The notes under the pieces were generated by a model that was not told where the DNA came from, did not search any database, and was given only the letters and a program-made list of their open reading frames with translations. Source: an uncultured Cytophagia bacterium (lineage in GTDB: Bacteria; Zhuqueibacterota; Zhuqueibacteria; Oleimicrobiales; Geothermoviventaceae). From it: 56,425 bases of DNA. The stretch covers positions 1 through 56,425 of the forward strand of contig CAYXFI010000001.1 in NCBI GenBank assembly GCA_964464205.1, given 5' to 3'. Numbering within the stretch: the first letter of the stretch is position 1; each line of letters begins with the position of its first letter. Positions 25,729 through 34,752 of the stretch are shown here, piece by piece. The position numbers and the translations under genes are program-made.

Positions 25729-26478
25729 CTATCTACAAGTCCCGCCGGCGCAGCGACTCCGAAACAAAAACAAACCCCTAGCCGGCGCTGCTGGAGATCG
25801 TGAGGGAGCGACAACAGCAGGCCGTGGACGCCATAGGTGAAACTGTCCCCATCGCGTCGCACGGCCATCTTTCCACGCATGGCGATATGAGATCGCCAGG
25901 CGAAGCCTGTTGTATCTGCTGAACTTCGCAGCACATCGCACCATCACGTCCTGAGGAAGGTAAGCGTAGACCACAGTCGCTTGGCTCAAGTCCGATCGCG
26001 TCGCGTCAGCCTTGTAGAACCGCGTGAGCCGCGCAACACCGTTCAGCTTCGCGTTTCGCTGGGCCAGCTCGACCGCTTCCGGCCGCAGGTCCAGCCCAAC
26101 CGACCGGCAACCGAACTCGCGCGAGGCCAGCACGCAGACCCTCCCGTCACTGCACCCAAGGTCATAGAGCACATCGTCGGCGGTCAACTTCGCCTCGCGT
26201 AGCACTTGCTCGATTTCCGACAATGGCGTTGGCGTGTTGACGCACACCTTGTACTCTTTCGACCGCAACGCCCGGCACATCGGGCAGTTACAGGCTCCCG
26301 GCAAGTAGCCGCTGGTCCTTCGCGTCTCGTACTTGGGTTGCTCGGCATAGGAAAACACCCACTGGTTGCTCTGCGTACGATACCGCACCACGTCCACATC
26401 GAGTAAGACTTGTGGCTCAGCCATCAGAGCCGTTGTAAGCAAGAGTGCAAACATTACCAAACCCCTAGTCGTAGTCAA
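25729..26478 (-). CDS. SAM-dependent methyltransferase with N-terminal signal peptide
   Basis: MFALLLTTALMAEP hydrophobic leader. NTPTP...VLYDLGCSDGRVCVLAS (motif I), VGLDL, ATVVYAYL, AISYRHAW. R/P-rich C-terminal tail of doubtful reality. Confidence 0.65.
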   Translation of the reverse strand: MTTTRGLVMFALLLTTALMAEPQVLLDVDVVRYRTQSNQWVFSYAEQPKYETRRTSGYLPGACNCPMCRALRSKEYKVCVNTPTPLSEIEQVLREAKLTADDVLYDLGCSDGRVCVLASREFGCRSVGLDLRPEAVELAQRNAKLNGVARLTRFYKADATRSDLSQATVVYAYLPQDVMVRCAAKFSRYNRLRLAISYRHAWKDGRATRWGQFHLWRPRPAVVAPSRSPAAPARGLFLFRSRCAGGTCR

Positions 26479-27532
26479 GACCGCTCATTGAAACCGAAAG
26501 AACCGCGTAGCATCCATAACGGAGCCGGCTGAATGGGATGACACCAGTGCCGTTATCACCCCATCCGGCTCCCCAACTGTTGACCCACCGACCATGCGTA
26601 GTGGACTCTAACCACGCCATGTACCACGCGTGGCCACTGTAGCCAGTGTACACGGGGTAGCCGTGCAGGATCAGCGTCCCGAGCAACTCGGTGTCGTTGA
26701 CCGGGAAGGCCAAGATCTCCTCGGGTTTATAATGACTCGCGTCTTCATACGCTTCATCGCTCGGCTCGCGACGCCAGCCGTTTGACCGCGGCCAAACAGC
26801 TTGCCTAGCGCAGCCGTAACGTTGGAAAAACGCGATGTTGTCTTGCAGCGACGAGCCGCCATCAGTTCCACCCGAGACAGTGTGATAGGCAAACCACGGA
26901 TTAGGCGCAACGTCTTGCGGTTTGCCGTCAGGCTGGAGCCCCTGTGAGATCCTCTTGTTGGCATCCGCACCACCCAAACCTTCCGAAGCGCATGAGCCAG
27001 TACCATTCTGATCAAGTACCCAATGCACGAAGTCGAGCATGGTCGGAGCCTGCTCAGCCTCAATCCAGTCGCTCCATTCTCGCTTGGGGATGCGTTTGAA
27101 TTCCATGTCGCTGGGTTTGCCGATCGGCCTCGGCAATCGATCGCCATAGGCCGCCTCGAACCATTCGCTGCCACGAATCTCCGTCCCACCGATGACAACC
27201 TTAGCCGGGTACGTCAGATGCGGGATCAGATCCGTCGTCGCATTGATCTCATCACCAGCAAGCATCGGCCGTATGCGATGGTAGAGCGTCGCTGCTTGCC
27301 GTTCTGCGAGGTTCTTGAGCCTGAGGCCCTTGCGAACACGAACCGGCATGCCGCCTTCACAGAGGTACATTGACCGGATCGCTGCATACTGAGCCGAGAC
27401 AACCTCAAGCTCTTTGTCGATCTCAGAACCTTCGCGAGCAGAAAACGGAAGATCGTGGTATCGCTCGACAAGCTCTTCGTACCGCCTGGCAATCTTCAGT
27501 TCTTCCGGCGTGCGATAGTATGGAGCACTCAT
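26465..27532 (-). CDS. Papain-family (C1) cysteine peptidase
   Basis: Catalytic Gln/Cys in DQNGTGSCASEG, His in GHAWYM, Asn in VNSWGAGWGDNGTG, in canonical order. ~170-aa N-terminal extension with no signal peptide. Confidence 0.85.
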   Translation of the reverse strand: MSAPYYRTPEELKIARRYEELVERYHDLPFSAREGSEIDKELEVVSAQYAAIRSMYLCEGGMPVRVRKGLRLKNLAERQAATLYHRIRPMLAGDEINATTDLIPHLTYPAKVVIGGTEIRGSEWFEAAYGDRLPRPIGKPSDMEFKRIPKREWSDWIEAEQAPTMLDFVHWVLDQNGTGSCASEGLGGADANKRISQGLQPDGKPQDVAPNPWFAYHTVSGGTDGGSSLQDNIAFFQRYGCARQAVWPRSNGWRREPSDEAYEDASHYKPEEILAFPVNDTELLGTLILHGYPVYTGYSGHAWYMAWLESTTHGRWVNSWGAGWGDNGTGVIPFSRLRYGCYAVLSVSMSGLDYD

Positions 27533-28233
27533 GGCAGGTACTCCTTGACGATCGCGACCGTTGCATCCACCGACTTAGGCAAGTGACCGTTCCAGACGAT
27601 CTTGCGGTTCTGATCTAGCAGGAACAGATGCGGCTCTTTGAGATTCTCACCTTTCGTCTTGTCGATGCAGGCAGCAACGTAATCCGGCACGTCGCCTTCT
27701 ACGTCATCGTCAACGACGATCCATTTCTTCGCACCGAGCAGCTTCGCCAACGTCGGACCGTACATCACCTGGGCCCACCGCGGGTCCTGCTGATCCTGGT
27801 CTTGCGTCTCGTAGACGATCACCGCCGTTAGGTCGGTGATGTCGGGCGGCGGAGGGTCTGGGTCAGGCTGAGGGTCCGGATCAGGTTCCGGTTCGGGAGT
27901 GCCGACTTCAACGCGGTAGGACAATGGCGTCAGTGTAGTCGAGACGGTCTTCTTCTCCCAATCGACCGTCGTTGTTGCCGCAATCGCGTTGATCGTGTAG
28001 ATGCCCGGCGTTTCGGTCCAGAACATCCCATGCAGCGTCACAATGTGTGGCGGCCCAGTTTGTAGCACATCACTCGGGAAGAACGTCGCGGTTGTTCCTT
28101 CCTCGACGCCCGTGATTTCAAACCAAGCGGGGCGACCTGGCTCCACTTCAGGCGGACCGACGATCTTGAGATCGCCTGCAGAGGCGGCGACCGACCAGAA
28201 ACAGAGAAGCAAGGACAGCAGCGCGGCTCGCAT
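27529..28233 (-). CDS. Secreted two-domain protein with P/D/E-rich linker
   Basis: Signal peptide MRAALLSLLLCFWSVAASA. Linker PEPEPDPDPQPDPDPPPPD. Confidence 0.6.
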   Translation of the reverse strand: MRAALLSLLLCFWSVAASAGDLKIVGPPEVEPGRPAWFEITGVEEGTTATFFPSDVLQTGPPHIVTLHGMFWTETPGIYTINAIAATTTVDWEKKTVSTTLTPLSYRVEVGTPEPEPDPDPQPDPDPPPPDITDLTAVIVYETQDQDQQDPRWAQVMYGPTLAKLLGAKKWIVVDDDVEGDVPDYVAACIDKTKGENLKEPHLFLLDQNRKIVWNGHLPKSVDATVAIVKEYLP

Positions 28234-28282
28234 CGTTGCGACTCCTCAAAAAAAGTTGCAGCTCCTCAAACGGCGACAACTC

Positions 28283-28567
28283 TCAAAAGAGAGTGAAGAT
28301 CAACGGAACGTACTTGATGAGCAGTTCGAGCAACCACTCAATGTAGGTCAACACCAAATCCCAATCGATATCTTCCCATCCCTTGGGATTCTCCCCGGCC
28401 AGTTTGTCGGCGATTGCCACGGCTAAGCCGCTAACGTCCACGTTGAGCGTCCCGTTTGGGCCTCGCTCCCCGTAATCACACAACCGGCCCTCGTCCTTGA
28501 GTTCTCGCAGAACGCGAATGACGTTTCCGACCGTCAAGCCCATCTTCCGCCGATTGATTCGTTGCAT
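28283..28567 (-). CDS. Hypothetical protein (94 aa) with hydrophobic C terminus
   Basis: ATG 28567 with AGGAG 9 nt upstream (ORF track: 28822). Confidence 0.4.
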   Translation of the reverse strand: MQRINRRKMGLTVGNVIRVLRELKDEGRLCDYGERGPNGTLNVDVSGLAVAIADKLAGENPKGWEDIDWDLVLTYIEWLLELLIKYVPLIFTLF

Positions 28568-28577
28568 CGTAGCTCTC

Positions 28578-28919
28578 CTACTCTTTTGCAGAGGCGACCT
28601 GGAGCGCGAAAGCGACCCAGGCGTGAATCTCTTCCAGAGACATCTTGCTAATCGCTCGCTCCATCGCGCGGGACCCGCTTTGAAGATCCAGCGTCTTCGC
28701 TTTCGACTTGATGATCTTGGCAAGATCCGCGGGGCTGTAATGAATCGTCGTCGTGATCTGTTGACGCTTCCGCAAGATGCCTGGCATGAAGGCGACAGTT
28801 GTGAGCCCTTGCTTGGAAACATGGGCCTGCATCCCCATCCGAATTCGACGAACGATGCCGACCGGCATCCGCACGGTCGCGTCCTGATAGATCGTATCGC
28901 CGCGGATCACAACTGCCAT
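28578..28919 (-). CDS. Hypothetical protein (113 aa)
   Basis: ATG 28919 with GGAAGGTG upstream (ORF track: 29012). Confidence 0.4.
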   Translation of the reverse strand: MAVVIRGDTIYQDATVRMPVGIVRRIRMGMQAHVSKQGLTTVAFMPGILRKRQQITTTIHYSPADLAKIIKSKAKTLDLQSGSRAMERAISKMSLEEIHAWVAFALQVASAKE

Positions 28920-28965
28920 GGCTTTCACCTTCCGCCCATAATCTAGCCTTTCGGGATTGAAGAAA

Positions 28966-29277
28966 TCAAGGTTTCTTCTCAGCCAGCTGGGCAATTGCGG
29001 CCTGGAATTCATCGAGGGACCGGACGAGCGCCCAGTGCGCGCGGGCCCGCCGGATCTCCTCGCCGCGGATTTTCTGGAGCGGGGTCAGCCGGCCGCGGGC
29101 CGCCTTCAGCTCAACGAAGAGCGGCAAGCCATCGAGGATGACGAGATAATCCGGGATGCCTCGGCGCTGGAGCGGATGCCCGGCCAGCTTGAGCCACCAT
29201 ACTGGTTGGCCAGCTGCTTTGAGCCGTTTCAGCTCTGCTTCCACCTGCTGCTTCAGTCTGGACTCCGGCGTGACCAT
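28966..29277 (-). CDS. VRR-NUC-type PD-(D/E)xK nuclease
   Basis: GIPDYLVIL...LFVELKAARGRLTPLQ. Confidence 0.7.
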   Translation of the reverse strand: MVTPESRLKQQVEAELKRLKAAGQPVWWLKLAGHPLQRRGIPDYLVILDGLPLFVELKAARGRLTPLQKIRGEEIRRARAHWALVRSLDEFQAAIAQLAEKKP

Positions 29278-29294
29278 CGGAAAAAAACAGCTTT

Positions 29295-29339
29295 CCCTTA
29301 CGCGAGGGTGATCGAGTGCACCAAAAAAAGCCGCGCTGC
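29295..29339. repeat. 45-nt conserved element, copy 2
   Basis: cccttacgcgagggtgatcgagtgcaccaaaaaaagccgcgctgc. Its low-coordinate end lies 18 nt upstream of the ATG at 29277. Confidence 0.85.
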
Positions 29340-29382
29340 CTTTGGGTCGTTTCCCTATTGAATTCTCGAAAGTCCAGTAATT

Positions 29383-31068
29383 TCAACGACTTGGTATATC
29401 GGTGGGTATATCGATTTTACACGACACCCCATCTTTCCGCTGGTTTTCCAGCAAAACCAGTTGTTTTTTGGCTCTCGTGACCGCCACATAGGCGATCCGA
29501 TGGCTTTCGTTCTTGCCGGATTCCGTGGCTTTGCCTCGTTCGCACTGCATGGATTGGGATAGGAGGACGGCGACGTTCTCGGCTTCCATCCCTTTGGCGG
29601 AGTGGATTGTGCCGACGCGGATCTTCGGGGCGTCCACCGTCTCAGAGCCCCAGCGGGCATCGGCGGTGATTACCGCGGACGACTGGGGAATCCATTCGGA
29701 CGCGAGTCCTTTTCGGACCTGGGCGATGAACTGCGGCGTGGCGCCGAACTCCAGGAGGTTGTCGAGGAAGAGGAGGGGGGCGTAGTCGATGGCGTCTTTG
29801 TCCTTGAATTTCTTCCATTTGGCTTTCGTGCCGCGGACGAACATGGTTTCTTTGCGAGACTTGGACGGGACGAGGCTGACGATCGACTTCCATTCGAGTC
29901 CATCGATGGGCGCTCCGGCGGCGAGGTTGGTCAGCGCCCGGATGGCGCGGTTCTTTACAGGTGCGTTCCAGTTCCCTCCGCCCTTCGTGTTGACCCATGG
30001 GACGACGGCTTTGTTGAGCGCTGCCCCGATGCGGTGGACGAGAAAGTTGGTCCGGGCCAAGACGAGCCAGTCTTCCCGCGGGTCCAGGATGGAGCTGGTG
30101 AGGGATTGCGGGGCGACTTCGATCCGGCCTTCGTGGTCGGCCGGCGCGATATGGCGGTCGAAGTAATCGGAGCAGTTCGAGAGGATTCTCTCGCCGAGCT
30201 CCAGGATCTCTCGCGGGCATCTCCACGACTTGGGCATGGTCTTGGTTTTCACGTAATCCCAGCCCGCCATGAACATGGCGGGATCTGCGCCGGCCCAACC
30301 GTAGAGAGCCTGGTAGGGGTCGCCGACGACGTAGCACCATTCCGAGTTGGAGATCAGTCGATCGCAGACGGCGTGCAGGAGCGGGCTGGCGTCCTGCTGC
30401 TCGTCCAGAAGCCAGACCGGGACGTCTGGGATCTCACCGTCCGGTTCTCTTTTTTCCACCCCATCTACGCAGCATCTGTATCCTGCGTATTTTGTCAGCA
30501 TGTCGGTGAAGTCGAGTCGGTTCCAAAGTGCTTTGGCGTTTTCGTACCGCTCGATTGTGGCCTTGCACTGTTCGTAGGAGGGGATGCGTTGGTCGCACCG
30601 CCAGGCGTCCATCCAGATTGGTTGGAGTGGGGAGAGCCGATTCCTCGCTGCGGACCACAGCGCCAGCGCAACGGACGCCCCGCCTGGCGCGTTTTGAGAG
30701 CTGAGCCCGTCGAAACTCAGTTCCTCGTCTAAACTGCCTCCAGCGGCCGCTGAGGAATCACCTAGCGATTCCTGGAGCCACAGGAGATCTTCCTTCTTGC
30801 CGGTGAGCAGTTCTTCGCCGACCTTGAGTTGTCGGTAGCAGATCGAGTGAAGTGTGCGAAACCAACCTTTCGACTCCAAGTCCGACGGCTTTACGTCGAA
30901 CCGAAAGCCGGCGCGCCGGCTTGCTTCACGGCGTGCGGCTTTGGTGAACGAGCAGAATCCGACCAGAAACGGGTCGCAATAACGCTCGATGGCGTGATCC
31001 ATCAACTCTAGCAGGGCAGTAGTTTTCCCCGTTCCAGCCCCACCTATCAACTGCGCTATCTGGACCAT
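29383..31068 (-). CDS. UvrD/Rep-like SF1 helicase
   Basis: GGAGTGKTT (I), WLLDEQQD (II), VVGDPYQALYGW (III), VGTIHSAKGMEAENV (V), YVAVTRAKKQLVLL (VI). Confidence 0.9.
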   Translation of the reverse strand: MVQIAQLIGGAGTGKTTALLELMDHAIERYCDPFLVGFCSFTKAARREASRRAGFRFDVKPSDLESKGWFRTLHSICYRQLKVGEELLTGKKEDLLWLQESLGDSSAAAGGSLDEELSFDGLSSQNAPGGASVALALWSAARNRLSPLQPIWMDAWRCDQRIPSYEQCKATIERYENAKALWNRLDFTDMLTKYAGYRCCVDGVEKREPDGEIPDVPVWLLDEQQDASPLLHAVCDRLISNSEWCYVVGDPYQALYGWAGADPAMFMAGWDYVKTKTMPKSWRCPREILELGERILSNCSDYFDRHIAPADHEGRIEVAPQSLTSSILDPREDWLVLARTNFLVHRIGAALNKAVVPWVNTKGGGNWNAPVKNRAIRALTNLAAGAPIDGLEWKSIVSLVPSKSRKETMFVRGTKAKWKKFKDKDAIDYAPLLFLDNLLEFGATPQFIAQVRKGLASEWIPQSSAVITADARWGSETVDAPKIRVGTIHSAKGMEAENVAVLLSQSMQCERGKATESGKNESHRIAYVAVTRAKKQLVLLENQRKDGVSCKIDIPTDIPSR

Positions 31069-31323
31069 CGCAAATCCCTACCTTGCAGCTTCAGTATAAC
31101 ACAACGCCAAAAGCGGTTTCTTCACTCACATTTCTTCGGCTTTGTGTAACCCTAATGGTAACAACAAGTTATGACCCATAAGTAAACGTTGATGCGTTTT
31201 TCCGTACACACGTTCACCAACTCGTGCACCTTGTAAGTTCTTGGTATCAAACAACTTAAGTGCCCTAAGTGAGCGAGTGCACGACTTTTAACGAAAAATG
31301 AAAAAATTTTTTCTCGCGTAAGT
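31069..31323. promoter_or_regulatory. AT-rich intergenic region (candidate origin or promoter region)
   Basis: Lines 31141-31200 and 31261-31320 count 35% and 38% G+C. Contains CACTCAC/GTGAG(C/T)G motifs, two GTGCAC palindromes, an A6T6 run, and CTCGCGTAAG at 31311. Confidence 0.4.
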
Positions 31324-32823
31324 TCACGCACTCACTTCCCCTTTTTTGTCGGTCTCATCTTTCACTCCCTTCGCCAGATACCCCAGCTTTGACATGCCTA
31401 AAGGACTTACGCGAAGCCAACGTCCGCCGCCCAAAGCGCGTGATGAGTGAGCGAGTGTTGTAACTCGTGACAGTTCGAGGCGAGTGATCTTGTCCGCGCT
31501 GGACGAAATCAGGTCTAAAACCACGGAAAACTGGAAAATCACCGATCCGTCCGGCTCGCGGAGAGGTGTTCCATCTGTTTTGTCGAGTGGAACATCTTTC
31601 GGAGGGGTGGACGCCTTGCTGAGAAGTCGCAGCAGACGCTCTGCGACGACCGCTGTGCGGATTTCTTCGGGTGGGGCTTCCCGGAGCTTGGCGGCGAACA
31701 CAACCCGCTCATAGAGCCCTCCTGGCTTCGTCCAGGCCTTGTCAAATGCCTTGGGCAGCGGGTACTCGGCCTGCTTGAGCGATTCGACCCGGATCGCGGA
31801 GGGGGAGATCAGCTGTTTGGCATCCAGAATCAGGGCGCCGCCCGGCGCTTTGGTGAACTGGGGGGCCCGGAGCTCGTACCGCGGCGGCTCGGATCGGACG
31901 ATCGTCAGCTTGAACGGACAGTCGTCTTTCTCTTTTCCGTCCCCGTTGACTGCATCTTCAGGCTTTTCGCGGAGAATCGTTTTGATGTCGCTGCTCAGCC
32001 GTCGTTCGTGCTCGCGCCGCAGAATGCTCAGGAAGATCGTCTTCACTTCCTGGGGCTTTAGCGGCGGCCGGTTTCGCTCGTTGATCGCGCTGACCGTCGC
32101 CAGGAGGGTGCTCACTGATTTCGGCGATTCCAGATCCTCCTGATTTCGCACCAGCCAGCCGCAGTAGCTTGTCAGGTCAACGTTCCGGCTTCCCTCCGCC
32201 GAGCCCTGGATCAGTTTTTCCCATTCCGCAGCAGTTTTTCCTTGACTCCTGGTTGCCTCGGTCGGGGACATGCCCTGCCAGTTGTTGATTCGCGCCAGAA
32301 CTTCGTCGGTGATCTCGGCCGGCTCGATCGAGTCGGGCGGCGCCAGCCAGCGGTAGGGTTTCTCGGTCTTCGGGTGGATGCTGGGAGGGAAAACGCTCTG
32401 GGTGCCCTTACCGCCGTTGCCGACCTTGATTGTCAGCTTACCGAGCTTCACGACGGCCTGGTTCGGCAGTCCCTCGCGCCACTTCAGCAGGAAATGCTTC
32501 TTCGTGTACTCGCGCCCATCTTTCAACTTCACTGTGCTGGAGGCGAACGATGTCGTTGGCGGGGCTTCTCCGTCCCACAGCGCCAGATACTCCTCCTCCT
32601 CTTCTGGTGAGTCGCACTCGCAGTCGATGATCCCAGAATCCTTGCCGAGTAGGACCCCGACATTGAATTCGGGGTTTAGTTTCCACTTCCCCTCCAGTAT
32701 CTCAACATCGTCCGTCGCTACCTTTGGCCATTGCTTCGGGACAGGGACCTTCGCTTTTTTCCGCAGCCAGATGACTTTCCACCCAAATTCCGCACAGAAC
32801 CTAGCTCCGTCGAAAAGATCCAT
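31324..32823 (-). CDS. Primase-polymerase (AEP/PrimPol) with uncharacterised C-terminal half
   Basis: GVLLGKDSGIIDCECD (DxD) and SVFPPSIHPKT (His motif) in the N-terminal ~190 aa. GGAGG RBS. Confidence 0.75.
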   Translation of the reverse strand: MDLFDGARFCAEFGWKVIWLRKKAKVPVPKQWPKVATDDVEILEGKWKLNPEFNVGVLLGKDSGIIDCECDSPEEEEEYLALWDGEAPPTTSFASSTVKLKDGREYTKKHFLLKWREGLPNQAVVKLGKLTIKVGNGGKGTQSVFPPSIHPKTEKPYRWLAPPDSIEPAEITDEVLARINNWQGMSPTEATRSQGKTAAEWEKLIQGSAEGSRNVDLTSYCGWLVRNQEDLESPKSVSTLLATVSAINERNRPPLKPQEVKTIFLSILRREHERRLSSDIKTILREKPEDAVNGDGKEKDDCPFKLTIVRSEPPRYELRAPQFTKAPGGALILDAKQLISPSAIRVESLKQAEYPLPKAFDKAWTKPGGLYERVVFAAKLREAPPEEIRTAVVAERLLRLLSKASTPPKDVPLDKTDGTPLREPDGSVIFQFSVVLDLISSSADKITRLELSRVTTLAHSSRALGGGRWLRVSPLGMSKLGYLAKGVKDETDKKGEVSA

Positions 32824-32941
32824 GTCTCAGCGCCTCCACTTTCTCAAGTACAGAAACATGGGGCCCGCCCAGCAGATCTCTCGAAATGCGTGAGCGGGCC
32901 CATGCAAGCTCCCCCCCAGGAGCAAAATCAACTGTTTCCGA

Positions 32942-33724
32942 CTACGCGATCGCCTCCTCCTCGACGTCCATCCGGTCGCTTTCCATGACGCGGCTCGCCA
33001 GTTGGCCGAGGTTGTCGGTGTAGAACTCCTTGAGTGGCGCGCCGAGAGTCGGAACGAAGGCGGTGAACATTCGCGGAACGATCTGGCTGTACTTCAGTCC
33101 TCCCTTGCTTTGGGCGACTCGCAGAGACAACTCGACGACAGCGCGGTAGAACGGAACGGGAAGGCGGGTAACAAACGGTCGGACGGTTTTGAGGCTTCCC
33201 GGCTGGGCCCGGATGACGAGCGGAAAGGCCTCGCCTTCGCGAAGCAGCATGAGAAGTCGGCTTTCTTTGCATCGCTTTCCGATCCCGTTCTTGCCGCTGC
33301 CCCACTTGTTCCACGGGAGGGCCTGCCAATCGTAGCCGCTTCCGTCGGGGAGGAGGTAGCGCTCCAGTTCCGCCGGGTCGATGTCCCCGTAATCATCGCC
33401 GACTTTGACGGCTTTTACCAGGTCGGTTGTGACGAGCAGGGGCATAACCCCTTCGCCGGCCGGTTCTTCGGTGGGCCATAAAGTTCCGCGGGGGGCGTAA
33501 TAGACCATCAGGCCGGTGAGGGCGTCGTAGGTTTTGTCGCCGGTGATCTCCGGGACGACCCACTGACAAGCTCCTCCGCTGGGTGTGGGGACGCGGATCA
33601 GGTCGGATTCCGTGAACCCGACCCCCGCCGTGTTAGCGATCATGGCCTTGGCCGTCTCGCTTCCCTCGATCAGCGCCGGGAACGCTTCCGGCTTGATGAC
33701 TGTCAGTTCTTTTGAATCGCTCAT
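32942..33724 (-). CDS. Hypothetical protein (260 aa) in the replication module
   Basis: ATG 33724 with AGGAG 8 nt upstream (ORF track: 33847). No motif recognised. Confidence 0.5.
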   Translation of the reverse strand: MSDSKELTVIKPEAFPALIEGSETAKAMIANTAGVGFTESDLIRVPTPSGGACQWVVPEITGDKTYDALTGLMVYYAPRGTLWPTEEPAGEGVMPLLVTTDLVKAVKVGDDYGDIDPAELERYLLPDGSGYDWQALPWNKWGSGKNGIGKRCKESRLLMLLREGEAFPLVIRAQPGSLKTVRPFVTRLPVPFYRAVVELSLRVAQSKGGLKYSQIVPRMFTAFVPTLGAPLKEFYTDNLGQLASRVMESDRMDVEEEAIA

Positions 33725-33742
33725 TTCGAGACTCCTGGAACT

Positions 33743-33781
33743 AGTGAACAGAGAAACAGTGAACAAAGAAACAGTGTTGCG
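33743..33781. repeat. 2.5 tandem copies of a 15-mer
   Basis: AGTGAACAGAGAAAC / AGTGAACAAAGAAAC / AGTGTTGC within the 61-nt gap between 33786..34190 and 32942..33724. Confidence 0.8.
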
Positions 33782-33785
33782 TTGA

Positions 33786-34190
33786 TCAGCTTTTCGTGAC
33801 GGCGACCGTGATCTGCTCGTACGTGCTGATGAGTGGTGCGATCTCATCGGGGAGTTTCCCGTTGAGATCGATTTCTTCCCGCATTGCGCCTTGGAGCGAC
33901 TGGGGGTGGACGGACGGCTTGACGAGGAAACTCCAGCGTGTTCCGGTGAGTCGCTCGCAGAATTCTTCTGCGGAGATTTCTTTTGCGCGGCCGAAGCGCG
34001 GCGTGACGCGGACGGTGAGCTTTTTCCCGTTGAGGGAGGTCGAGGTTTGGCCGAGCATCTTCATGTGTTCGGCAAGGGTCGCTTCCATCTCGCGGTACTG
34101 CGCTTCGAGCGCCGAGGCGTGTGCTTTCGCCGCATCGCGCTCTTCTCGCAGGGCGAGAAACTTCTGTTGCAGGGCGATCAGATCAAGCAT
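33786..34190 (-). CDS. Hypothetical protein with N-terminal coiled coil (possibly Gp157-like)
   Basis: GGAGGA RBS. The Gp157 resemblance is only by architecture and position. Confidence 0.45.
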   Translation of the reverse strand: MLDLIALQQKFLALREERDAAKAHASALEAQYREMEATLAEHMKMLGQTSTSLNGKKLTVRVTPRFGRAKEISAEEFCERLTGTRWSFLVKPSVHPQSLQGAMREEIDLNGKLPDEIAPLISTYEQITVAVTKS

Positions 34191-34223
34191 CCGTTGTCCT
34201 CCGTAAAATGGTAGTTAAACAGA

Positions 34224-34445
34224 TCAGAACTCGGCAGCCTTTTTCGCGAAGTCATTCGCAAAATCAAAGTCTTCGTCGTCTACATCTCGTGCGTAGTCGG
34301 CGCACAAATCAGCGACCTCGTACGCTTCGTGAAGCAGTTCCCAGCAGCGTTCCACTTCGTGCACGAGGGTCAGGCTTTCTGGCTCATAAACCCAGGGCCG
34401 TTTCCGCATTTTCGCGATGATCGTTTTGATTTGTTCGTTCGGCAT
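34224..34445 (-). CDS. Hypothetical acidic protein (73 aa)
   Basis: TAATG overlap with the upstream gene. Confidence 0.4.
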   Translation of the reverse strand: MPNEQIKTIIAKMRKRPWVYEPESLTLVHEVERCWELLHEAYEVADLCADYARDVDDEDFDFANDFAKKAAEF

Positions 34446-34741
34446 TATCCTATCTCCGGAAACTCGTATCGCTCCGGCCGCAGGTGGTCGTCAGCACGCC
34501 GCTTGACCTCCTCGCGGTCACTCCACCCCGCCCGGATCTCCGCAGCAGCTTCGGCGATCTGTTCCGCCGTTGGCATGTAGGCGGCCTGGGTGATCCGCGT
34601 TGGTTTCTTCCCCGCTCGCTTCCGGGCGCGCCATCGCCTCTTCATCGAGATCCTCTGGCATGACTTCGAGCAGTAGATCCCGTTTGCCACAGCGGGGATG
34701 AACTCTGTACCGCAGACAGAGCAGCGTTGTTCGGTTTGCAT
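34445..34741 (-). CDS. Zinc-ribbon, basic small protein
   Basis: CSVCGTEF...YCSKSCQ followed by a K/R-rich segment. Confidence 0.5.
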   Translation of the reverse strand: MQTEQRCSVCGTEFIPAVANGIYCSKSCQRISMKRRWRARKRAGKKPTRITQAAYMPTAEQIAEAAAEIRAGWSDREEVKRRADDHLRPERYEFPEIG

Positions 34742-34752
34742 GGGTCATCTCC

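Noticed and set aside
19311-29339. The two 45-nt direct repeats as attL/attR of an inserted 10-kb element.
   Set aside because: No integrase or transposase lies between them or anywhere in the window. The enclosed DNA includes the lysis-end cluster and nuclease, which look integral to the phage. A promoter or regulatory element is the simpler reading.
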